DNA of 64,000 bases, from NCBI GenBank assembly GCA_030390025.1, contig CM059432.1, forward strand, positions 28,584,001 to 28,648,000, in the 5' to 3' direction. The notes beneath the pieces were generated by a model that was not told the DNA's origin, did no database searches, and was given only the letters and a program-made list of their open reading frames with translations. Each line of letters starts with the position of its first letter. Positions within the stretch are counted from its first letter, which is position 1. This stretch comes from Squalus acanthias. Taxonomy: Eukaryota. The position numbers and the translations under genes are program-made. Positions 12,701 to 24,700 of the stretch are shown piece by piece.

Positions 12701-15700
12701 AGTGAACTGAATCTTGGTTTATACATCCCGTTGTAGAATGCTTCACATTTCCACAGTTCCAATATCCTGTAGGTGGACAGGGTTGGAGTGGAGATGTAAA
12801 TGGAGCAGCAAGTCTGCTGAGAGCCATAGGTGAAGGAGAACTGGGCTACAAACACCCCACTGGTTTAAAGAGAAAGGCAGTCAACTGGGCAGGTCAGCAG
12901 GTTGTAAAACAAAAGCTTGAAAAAAAATTGGTCACTTAGCCATTGAAAGGGCCACTGTCGCCCTGGGAAAAGAATCAGGGGTATCAGTTAAAAAAATACC
13001 CAACAAATGTTACAGTAACACTGGGATTATCATCATAGTATTGGACTCAGGACCCATTTGATGCTACTGTCACCAACCAATGACTTGAGGGTCATTCACA
13101 TTCGTATCAAATGCATTAAAAAGTATTCTTCGGTGCTGGGAATGATACAACTTTCCATTGTCAGCATCAAGTACCCTGAGATCATCTACAACTTCATAGA
13201 CACAGAGTAAATTTCTATAATATTTTAAATGCTAATTGAGAAGACTAAACCAGTGTGACATTTCCACTTCCTAACATATATTTCTTCATAGATTGTCAAA
13301 GTGAATGTTCCAATTAAGTGCTGGAGGTTTGATCCACTGCGAATTGAGTTGAAAATACCTCAAATTTATTTCACTTTGGAAGCCAATAGCTATCAGAGAG
13401 AGAGACGGACAGACAGAGAGATTTTCATTCCATCATTATGGGTTTGGACTCGAATCAAATCTTGGTCCCAGAGGTGAAAATAGAGCATGCTAACTATCTG
13501 TACCACTCAGCCCCCTGCCCTCCTGCATTACCTCTCTCTCTACTCAAGACTCATACTCCTCCCAGGCCTAGTCAATACTGAATATGAAAAATTAGGCAAT
13601 TATCCAGTTTAAAAAGCAGCTGATCCCTGCTGATTGAATCCAGCTGATAGAATTGCACTTACCAGCTGTCAGACTAGAATTGCTGGCATCAAACTATGGT
13701 GGTGTCATTTTACAATAACATGACTTTTTTCAAAATTAAAAAAGAAGGAAATCATTTGGTTGTTTATATGTTAGCGCAACTGGGCATGTTTCCAAAACAT
13801 GGCAACTACGAAAGCTTACACTGATAAAAGACCACGGGGTGAAATTCTGCGTTCTTTTTGGTGTATTTGCGGTGCATAACCAGGGCAAGTTAAATTTTGC
13901 GGCAGGGAAATTGAGTAGAAGCCACTTTTTCTAGATTGCGGAATCACTCCCCCTGAGTTCCCTGCCGCTGTTTGGCCCTTCCCGCAATTCACCCACCGAA
14001 TCCCGAGTGCCCTCGTTTACATATATTGTAATGAGAGCCTGCAGATTCGAGTTTCCTGCTTTTACACTGGCATTGCGCTCAGGATAACTTAGACTGAGAA
14101 CTATAAGGTGCAGCTGTTACCAGCATCAGCTGAGACAGGTAGAAGTACGGAGATTCTGAGTCTCGACAGTCTGGAGAGTTTCACTGGCGATTTCTGCCGC
14201 TCTGAAACATTTTTTGCAGTGATTTTTTTATGCCACTGTGTCTAAGCAGACCTGGACTTGCTTCTCATTGTTTCTGACAGGGTCAGATCACCAGCAGATT
14301 TCTCCCACCCACACCCCACCTCATCTCTTACTCACAGTGAGGGTTTCTCAAGGAGCAGGCATGGCATTCGCCTATGGGCATACTTTTTTATGCCGTTATG
14401 ATTGGAGCTGGAGGAGCAGCACACGATGAAGCAAAGGAGAGTCAGGTAGCATTTAGGGAGCATGCAGTCCACTGGATATTATCACCCCCCTCCCTGCAGA
14501 ATATACAGGAAGCACAGGTCATATGAGGACCTTACTAAGGAGATGTGTATAAGAAGATTGCACATCATCAAAGAGGCAATAAGGCAGCCCTGTCACCTAC
14601 TACATGGGGAACTTCCCACATTGCTCTCTCTCTCTCTCTCTCTGGCTTTCAAGGTGACTGCTGCACTCAACTTTTATGATACAGGCTCATTTCAGGCAGC
14701 CACAGGCAATCTCTGTGATAACACCCAGGTGACAGTACTGGCACACGCTCAACAGGTGACTGACAGCTTTTGCAGCAGAGCTGGGGGAATTCATTACCTT
14801 TGGCATTGCAGCAAGGCAGCAGCAAAAAGAGGGTGAAGAGTGTGCTTGTGCACACGGTCTCCAAGCAAGAAAAGGGAGAGTGTCCAGGGAGTTAGCATGG
14901 CTGCCCTGGTGAGGTCATTGAACTTCTTGCGACACTGGCAGGTGAGAGAGTTGGCACATAAGTGCCAGATCCGTCCAAGTGCCTGACATTTCTAGCAGTT
15001 TATTGCCATGGACACCCAGCAGTCGGTATCTCTCGGTGTCAATTTCCTCGAGGAGGGCTTTCCAGGTCACAATCTGTGAAATGATGGAATCACCTTGTGT
15101 TCTTTTGCACCATTCCCTGCTGCCTAGCTTGGCTGTGTATGCCAACTGCTCCTCTGGCAGACATTCTTGAAAGGTACAAGAAAAAGTTTAATAAGACATG
15201 CAGTGAGGTTAGCTGAGAGTGAAGTGAATCAGCCAAACATTGCTCCTTCCTTATCTGGTTTGTCCAGCAGTTTGCTGCTGCAATGTTCAGCCAGGACGAT
15301 CATTCTAAAGACTGAACTATAATTCCCATATACTCCTGCAGATTACACCAATTTTACATGGGATTTACACCAATCACTACTCTAATGAGTATGCAAATAA
15401 GCTGACCCAGGCACCCTTGTATAAATACCTCTCCAGACCAAATCTTTATCCATTGGTATAAAAGTGGCGTTAACTCACCATGTGGAAATTCCTTGGGATA
15501 GTCTGTCTGCAGAATTGGGCTATACAAATCTTATTAATTACATTTTATTTGACTTCACTTCTAGGCGCTACCTACCAGAAAGACAGGGTGTAGTCACCCA
15601 CAAATGTCTCACTCTCCCGCACAAGGAAGGTGCCATCCTTTCCGCCGGTCTCCGTGCAATACTCATGGAGAAGCTTCTCGGCTATCTGTCGACCATCTCG

Positions 15701-18700
15701 CCCGCCGCCGAGTTTCCCGTGAAACCACTTCTCGCTAAAGTGCAGATCGTTGTTGTTGAACTCCTGCTGAGAATCGCAAAGGTGTAAGCATCTGCTTCAA
15801 GGCCTGAGAATACGATACTCAATGGGCGGCTCAGGGCGGTGTCAGTTGCTAACTATTGGTGGAGGGTCACAAAATCCAATAAATGTCTTGTTTGAGAGTA
15901 GTTCTCTGGAGTGCTGCACCACAGAGTGATGGAATGCAGATACGTGCCTCTGATTCCCCACACAATCAGGCCACTGCAGGTAGACACGTCCCCATAGAAA
16001 GGGGGAAAAAAAACCAATAATTTTAACAACTGGTTATATTTTAATAGGGCCCCTTCACACAGTATGGAAGCTGGGATGATCCTTTTACATTTTTGGACTT
16101 TCACCTCAAGTATTTTTCCTCATGCTCCCTGCCAAAGACAACAAACCTGCCCAATTACTAAGTAATTGCAGTGAGCCCAGAGGTCAAACAGAAAACTTTG
16201 CCACTGTATCTGGCATACTGTTTATACCACATGCTCTTCTTGACTTTTGACAGCAGTAGAATAAACACTCTATCAAGCCGTGGCTGAAGCTAGAAACTAC
16301 CAGGTAGATTTATTAACTAACCCGGTACCATAACCATTATACTACCCTACTCCCTAAAGTAGCATGCAAACTACAGGTTGGAGATTACACACTAAAATCC
16401 AAGCTCGGGGTTCAAATCATGAAGTGACCAAGCAGGTTTTGTTCTCCAGACTAATGACATCGTTGGGACCCCCTTGAATTGGATTAGTGCCTGGCAATCC
16501 TCTTCCAGCAACCTCCCATTAGCCTCAGATGATAGAATTTTTTGATAAATTAATATTACAGTTCCCTTGATGGCTCAGTCAGTAATTTCGCCATGAGATG
16601 TGATACTGAACCCTACAGGCCAGGTTCCACTTCTGGCCTGTGCTATGATAGCTGATTTCAGACAAAGGATACTATAAGGGGACTTCAGTTGGCATCAGCA
16701 CATGGGCGAGGGAAGGGAAAGCAGCATTAGCAATACTGATCACCATCGAGTGGCTCTTTCAGAGAAAGTATGTGTGCGCAGAGATCATCGGTTGAGCATA
16801 GAGATCAGGCTCGGCTCTGATGCTCTCCCCAGCATTTACCATCCAGCCTCAAGAGTGATCACTAATGTGGAGGGTAGCTGACGCCAGTGCAGCTGTACTC
16901 CAGAGGGAGTTAGCGCCTTCAGAAAATAATGGTTGTGTACCTCTTTCTGTTCTTCTTCCTCTTCATCCTCGTTGTTCTGGTACCTGGATGTTTCCTCAGA
17001 GTAATAGACCTTATTGCTAGTCAGGACAAAGTAATGGGGGCTCCAGTTCTGCAAGGAATGAACGCAAGTCATTGTAAAAATATCACTCCGATTCTCACCT
17101 CCCCCAACTCTTGTACCTAGGGGCTATACTGACCTCAAGTGCCCGCCACACAACCTCAGAGTGGTGAACCACTGCCACATTTTCAGTATTTACAGGAAAA
17201 CTCTTAAAAACAAGGGCCTTGCAACCTACCTACTACGGTGCTCGGTAAATCGTTCTAAATTTACTTTTCATTAATTTAGTTTATGTATTGTGGTCCTGGC
17301 CTTATTTACCCTGAGGTTCTGGATTTGTCCTATCTATCTGTACCAGTTAATACCTTCTATACTTCCGCGGGATGTCTCCCTTTAACCTTGTTGTCTGCAG
17401 ATTTTGAACTTCTCTAACCCTTTCTCATAGCTCATCATCTTTACACTTGAGATCAGTCTTGTGGCTTTTCTCTAAACTCTCGCCAAAGTATAATGGTCGG
17501 AAGAATGTGGGCTGCACGTTCACAATATTCCAACATGAAATTTTGAAAGCATGCGGGAAAAATTCGGTCGATTTGCGCCCCGTTGGCGCTAAAGGGACGC
17601 AAAGTAACTAGCGCCCGGGCGCAGCGCCGCTAACGCCTCCCGCGAAATTCAGCAGGAGGTTAGCGGTGGCGGTAACCGTTAGTGCCCCGCGGTGCTACGC
17701 CTCCGGCGATGACGTCATCGCCGTGTGCAGCGCCCCGGCCGCGATCTTCAGTAGCGCCCCCTGACTTACCGCCGGACGCTATATCCGACAGGGTCAGGGG
17801 GGCCTACCTGCGGCCGGGGCGACGCAAATTAAAGGGGAGGTGCCGGGCGGCCATTTTTATTGCTGGCCGCCTGCCAGCACCTGCCCTCGTTGCCGTCCCC
17901 GGCCTCCTGTGCAGCCCCCCCCCCATCGTGGGGTGCCGACTGCGCTCCGTGAGCCCGGCACTCCTCTTGAGTGCTGAGCTCTTTTGCCGGCACTCTGATC
18001 CCTGGTGGCCTTTAATAAGGGTCATGATGTGGAGATGCCTTCCTCCCCTTTAATAAGGGGAGGAAGGCCTGCAGTACTGCGGCTTCCAGTAGCACCCCGC
18101 CTCCCTCTTGGGGCACTACCAGTGAATTTTGGGCGCGGGGGCGATAACTTTTTCAGGGCATTAGAAGTAGCGCCCCAGCGAAGTTAGTGCCCCAAAGGGG
18201 GCGCGACCCAATTTTGTCCCCCATGAAACTAAAAAGTGGGCACTTGGCCTAACAAGCCTGTTCTTCCACAGACTATGTAGAATCAACTCTATCCACCATG
18301 GTAGGTCACACGTAGAAACCCAACACTTTCCAACAGTAATTCCAGGGGGAGACTCATCCCCAGTTTGACCAATTATGAAATAATGTTAGCAGAGACCCTG
18401 GAGAAGGAAGTGATCATGTTATCTTGTTTGAGAGGAGGGACAGGATAGGAGGAAAAGTTGGCCGTCTTTCACCTCCAACCTCTCTTTCTCTTATATAAGC
18501 TTTTTTTTCCTCTGTTTGACCAATATTACTTTAGACTTTTCCTCCTAAGCTCCAAATTAGCCATTCTACACAAACTTCCTCCTCCCTATATTCTCACTAT
18601 GCTGAAATCAAGGCTCATCGTACTACTCTAACTCATCACTTTCCATCACTTCAAAACTGTTGGAACACTTTTTCTTCCTCAGTCTTTCCTTCCTTCTACA

Positions 18701-21700
18701 ATCGTCAAACTTGTAAAATCCAAGCTTGGCTTCATCCGATCACTACTTTTTGATTTATTGGACTTGAACAATGGGCCTTGGCTCTTAAGCTAATATTCTC
18801 AATTTTTTAAAAAAGTCACTGGGACTAGGAAAGAGGAACAGTAGAACATTACCAGCAGTGGTAGTGATGTTGGTGGTAAGGAGAGGGCAGCACTTACGTG
18901 ATCAATGGGGTCCTCTAAATACAGGATTCCATTTTTAATGGAGTTACTTATGTCATTTTCCGAGTAGCTGGCTGACGAGACCTCTTCGCACAGGTTGCCT
19001 TCCACCAGTTTCTTGTGCTTTAAACCAACAGAAAAACAATATTACGCGAGCATTATCTTGTGAGATAGCGTACCAGGTTGGTAAGCTGAGGCGAGCCCAG
19101 TGACATGATGACCTCAACGGATGCTCATTTTTATGAAAAGAAATATTTCTAATGAAACCTAAAAAGCTAAGAAGGCACCTCCCTGAATGGTTGATGTGTA
19201 ACTGAGTGACTTGGACCAGAAGGATCTAGGTCTCTGCCCAGGTAGCACTGGACTACAGGTGGCCTCAGCGCCTCTAGGCTATAGGGCAGAAAATCAGCCA
19301 GGGTTCCTGCTAAAAAGTGTACTTGAGCGGATATCAAGTGAGGACAAGATTTGTTGTGATGCCACTTCCCACAATTAATAGCTTAATTTTGAAGCAAGTG
19401 GAGTCTGCAGTACCATGCTAGCTGGATTGGCAGCATCTCAGTCTACCCGGTGCAAATAGCAGTTACAGTGCATCTGCAGTTGCCTTCTCTGCTCTAAGGA
19501 CAGCAAGCCCAACTTCTCCAGTCTATCCACATAACTGTAATCCCTCATCCCTCGATGACAGAGGCCCTACAGGCAGTCTATACTTCCTCTATGAAATCTC
19601 AAACTGCTGCTGTAGATGCCTAAGTGCCAGATTGAAGAGGGCTGCCTCTTTCAGCCTTCAAAGAACTGGGGTTGGTTTGGACACGAGCATACCCTGGAGT
19701 TTTATTGATCCCGCTGGCACCATTAGGTCTGCTCACCTGCAGATTAGTGGCCAAGTAGCCAGTTGTAGTAGCATAGATGGAATGAGCAAGATGATGCTGC
19801 TCTCTCTCAAGGTGTGGATTCTCCCGCCCGCCCCTTCCATTTATTGTCTGTGTGTGGCACCACAAGAGCTGCAGCCTGTAGGACGTCCAATTCAGGACTT
19901 AGCTGCTACGAGAAAAGGGCCACGAGGCTCCTAATGCAACTGCCAAGCACTTGCACGTACATTTGCTATTCTTAAGAGAAGCACAAGGCTAGGTTTAAGA
20001 GTTCACACACTTGCATCAATGGGAACCCTGTCAATAAGAAGTACTATAGACACGCACCAAATGGGATTTCATTAAAATTATGATAGCATTAAAGTTATTC
20101 TGCATGCAGACATTGTTCTTGGCAAGATCATAGAATCATAGAATAGTATAGTACAGAAGGAGGCCATTCAGCCATCGAATCTATGTCAGCTCTTTCGAAG
20201 AGCAATCCAATTAGTCCCACTCCCCGCCTCTCTCCCCATATCCCATCAATATTTTAAATTTCAAGTATTTAGCCAATTCCCTTTTGAAGGCTACTATTGA
20301 ATCTGCATTCCAAATCCTAACCACTCGTTCCATAATAAAGTTTTTCCTCATGTCGTGTCTGGTTCTTTTGCCAATCACCTTAAATCTGTGCCCTGTGGTT
20401 ATCAACCCTTCAGCCATAAAGTATCTCTATATTTATTCTATCTAAACCCTTCATGATTTTAAACACCTCTATCACATCTCCTCTTAGCCTTCTCTGCTCT
20501 AAGGAGAGCAACCCCAGCTTCTCCAGTCTATCCACGTAACTGTAATCCCTCATTGTAGTGAATCTCTTCTGTACCCTCTCCAAGGCCTTCATATCCTTCT
20601 TAAAGTGTGGTGCCTAGAATTGGACACAATACTCCAGCTGGGGCTGATCTAGTGTTTTATATAGGATTAGCATAACTTCCTGGCTTTTGTACTCTATGGG
20701 CTGGATTTTCATTGACCCATGGAGGCGTGTGGGGGGTTAAAATTGCAAAAACTGGCGGGCGGGTACAAGTCCGCCTCCATCCCCCCTCCACGCAATTTTC
20801 ATTAAATCGTGTCTGCTGGTCCCGACTCCGTCCTGCCTTTAAGATAGGCTGTTAAGGCCCTTAACAAGCACTAAATTGGCTCTATAATGCCATTTTGAAA
20901 GGCCTTTGTGATTTTAACCCTTGTTATATGTGAAGCACGCCTGTTCTGAACCACGATTGGCGGGAGCACATTTTGAAAGCTCTCTCTCTCTCTCTCTCTC
21001 TCATTTTGCATCCAGGTCCTTTCACAGCAAAGGCCAGGCAGTCTCTGAAGACCTTCAATGCAGCAGTAATGATGACAGCATCAGAGGCGACTTTCAGACT
21101 GAAAACACTAATTGGTTCATGGGTTCCCACATGCTGGAACTCAATTGCCCAATTAGGTGAAAATCGCATCAATCTCCCACATCCAATTGCAGTCGGGTGG
21201 ATAACACGAAAAGTGGATGACACAACCCTAGCCCGCCCCAGTATCAAAATCCAGCCCTCTGCCTCTGTTTATAAAGCTCAGGATCCCATCTACTTATTAA
21301 CTGCTTTGTTAACCTGTCCTGCCACCTGTGCACAGGTCTCTCTCTGTTCTTACACCCCCTTTAAAATTGTACCATTTAACTTGTATTGTCTCTCCTTTTT
21401 CTTCCAACCAAAATGTATCACCTCACACTTTGCTGCATTGAATTTCATCTGCCATGAGTCTGCCGATTCCACCAGCCTGTCTATGTCCTTTTAAAGTCTA
21501 ATACTATCTTCCTTACTGTTTGCTACACTTCCAAGCTTCGTGTCATCTGCAAATTTCGAAATTGTGCTCTCTACCCCCAAGTCCAAGTCATAAGATTTGG
21601 AAATTGCTTCCAGCGGTAAGTGTAAATAGGAGCTGTGTGCGTTGACGTATACAGAGAAGGGTGTGTAGATGATGGCATATTTTTGGTGGGAAGGGGTAAG

Positions 21701-24700
21701 ATTTGGATAGGACTGTTAATGCAGTAGCTGGATGTGGTAGTCAAGAGGTCTCCTGTATCAGAATGACACAAATGTCTTCCAGCTGGCAAAGGTTGTTCTC
21801 TGTAGCATCTTCAAAATGTTGCTGCTCCCCTTGCTGATGCTCTTCTTCCTCCAGTGCCTCCATGAGGCAGTGACTTTGTCAGACATAGTTATGCAGCATA
21901 CAGGACACTGCCATGATCCTTGAGACCCTCGTCGGACTATATTACAGGACCCCTTCAGATCAATCTAGGCACCTGAACTGCGCCCCAACCTGCCAGTGGT
22001 GTTCTCAATAATGACTCTGGTGCTTACATAGACCTTGTTCTAGCAGTGCTCAGCTGGAGTCTTGTGAAGGTGCACAAGTGTCAGCAGTCATGGCTATAAA
22101 GGGTAGACTTGATCTCCAAGGAGCTACTGAGAGATTGTGTGCAAGAGTGCAGGCACAGTGGAGTTCCTTAAAGTAAAGACGTCATGGCAGCTCCCAGGGA
22201 AGTGAGTATTCATTTGCATTATGGCACATTAAGAGAATAGAATCCTTTCATGTTGACGGAGGTGCAAGCGTTGATTAAGGGACCATTTTTGACCACATAG
22301 ATGCAATCAATGATTTCTTGGACTTTAGGGAGTCCTGCAATTCCACGAGGAAGGAGATGAAATTACTAGCTCTAAAAAAGTACGCATCTGTGTCTTGTTT
22401 GATGTACCTGTGCACAGTTGTTTGACTGATGTCAATAATGCCCCTAGTGGCACGGCCCTGTGGAATAGAAGCAATGAACAGTTGTGATCTTAACAGCTAT
22501 TGGCAGAATAGTACCTGTGGTGGCTGTGGGCTGTAGGTCCTCTTGAAGCATGTGAGATAACTCTGTGACGGATTCTTTGGAAATTGAAATCTCCATAAGT
22601 ACTGTTCCTCAATCAACTGCAAGAAGGAGCATCTTTGCCTATATACTCTGGAATGGGGGTAAGGGCAGGTGGGTACCATGCACCTCTGGTGCAGCCTCCT
22701 CTTCTTCAAGAAGCAGAGGGAAATTCCCAGTGGGTAAGATTTTGTTCCTTATCTGAAAGGAGGGGTTTTATGGGGGTGGCAGCCACTCAGTCAATGGCAC
22801 AAAGACAACTGAGGAAGCCAACAGCAAAAAAGCATAAAAAACAACAAAAATGACTTTTAACTGTACCAGTTAACTTTGAACCTAGACTCTCTTCTGCCTT
22901 CTCCATGGTGCCTAGAAACTCTGGACGTCTGTGTAAAACAGAAATGAGGCGGAGAATGGAGCATACGACATCACTATGCTACCTACTCCTCTTTTGCAAG
23001 CATCTGCCCTCCATCCAGCCACTGGAAATTACAGCATAAAATGGGTGGGCACATGCAAATTAGGGAGCAATAACACAGTACTGTCATGACCCCATTTTCC
23101 ACTGCCACCTGCCCGATTACTGCTACATATTCTGTCCTTCACTGTCTAGGCTCACACATGAAGAATGATCATTTATGGGAGGCATTGAAGGGCATCTACA
23201 CATGGAACTCTACACAAGCAAGGGTCAAAGCCTTCAGTGGAATTGTTTTTAAACTAATATAATAATGTGAAAGTACAGATTTGTCATTGGTCCCAATGTT
23301 GATATGTTTTATTGGCCAACTGTTGAGGAATTTCCACCTAACTCCTACTTTTTCATTTATCTCTTCTTCTTCTTTCATTCTTGGTGATGTTCTGCTCTGT
23401 GAGCTTATATATTTCAATGACAGAAAAGACAGAAAGACACACATAAGGAGATTGGCAAAGCTAATTAAATCTGGCACCAGACTTTACAGCGTCAGCAGCA
23501 GCTCAGTCGAACAACCTGATGCAACTCGAATTGAACATGGCAGACTGATTCAAGTGACGGGCAGTATTCCTGCCACAATGAGTTGCCACCTCACCTACCT
23601 TTATCAGGATTTTTTTCTTCAGCTGAATGGGCGATGGGAGTTCATCTGCATTGATGTCCACGGGTTTGGTCAGCAACATGTCTCCAAAGACCTTTTTGAA
23701 ATGAGATGCCATGTTTCGCTGCTGCACAACACTGCAATGGTCTTCAATGGAGAGGATTATGGGATACCTACAAGGCATACACTTGAAATCAGTAACACCC
23801 CGCGTTATTTTGGCTGAGTTTGAAATGACTATACTCATTTTAATAAATATAAGTGGATTACCAAAATATTTGAGATGCAGACACATTATTAAGAATAAAA
23901 AGAACATGTTTTATCGAGTTTAGTGTCAGCTGGGCTCAGTGGTATCACTCTTGCCTCTGATTTAGAAGGTTGTGGGTTCAAGCCCCACTCCAGGACTTAA
24001 GCACATTACCATTACTTCATTGCAGAACTGAAGAAGTGCCTATTTGTCGAAGCTGCAGCAGAACAAAGTCTACCGGTGCCCTGGCCATCATTTATCCCTC
24101 AAGTAATATAGATTATCTGGTCATTCATCTCATTTGCTGTTTGTAGGACCTTGCTGTGCACGAATTGGCTGCCGCATTTGTCTACAAAAACAACTGTGAC
24201 TTTACTTCAAAATTAATTAATTGGCTAAGTAGTTGGGATGACCTGAGGATGTGAAAGACACTAGATAAATGCAAGTTCTTTCTTTGTTTTTGCGTTATCC
24301 TTTATCTCGCGCAGTTATGTAATGATACTATTCCGCCTGCAGAGGGAGCTGTCACAGCAGTTGCACTGCCTTGAGTTTTCTCTGGTCCCACTCCACTGGT
24401 AGAAGTGGTGGCGGGGATGGGGGCGGAAATGAGACTTCCACCTGCCCATTGTTTGTGGCCCTGACCCTGTGACATGTAAATATTTTGGATTGGCACCCAC
24501 GCCATTTAATGCGTAGCTGAGGCACCCACCTCAGGTAGGATGAGGACAATTGCTGCAGAGCCTTAATGAGAGTAGGCTGGCCAGCTGTGCCAGACCAAAG
24601 ACATTTTAAATATTAAAAATCCTTCCGACTCTTCAATTAAGTGTTCTGAGCAAGATCGTATTTTCGAGAGATAAAAAAGACGCGGCTAAGTTTAGTTATT

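Noticed and set aside
19554..19960. Possible further old repeats (also ~2040-2370, ~10660-11000, ~28780-29100, ~30350-31240, ~60480-61000)
   Set aside because: Too decayed to classify without a database search.
23196..23477. Acidic exon-like ORF ([10 protein letters not shown]) near a real exon
   Set aside because: No convincing splice sites or PLC homology; the flanking exons join in frame without it.
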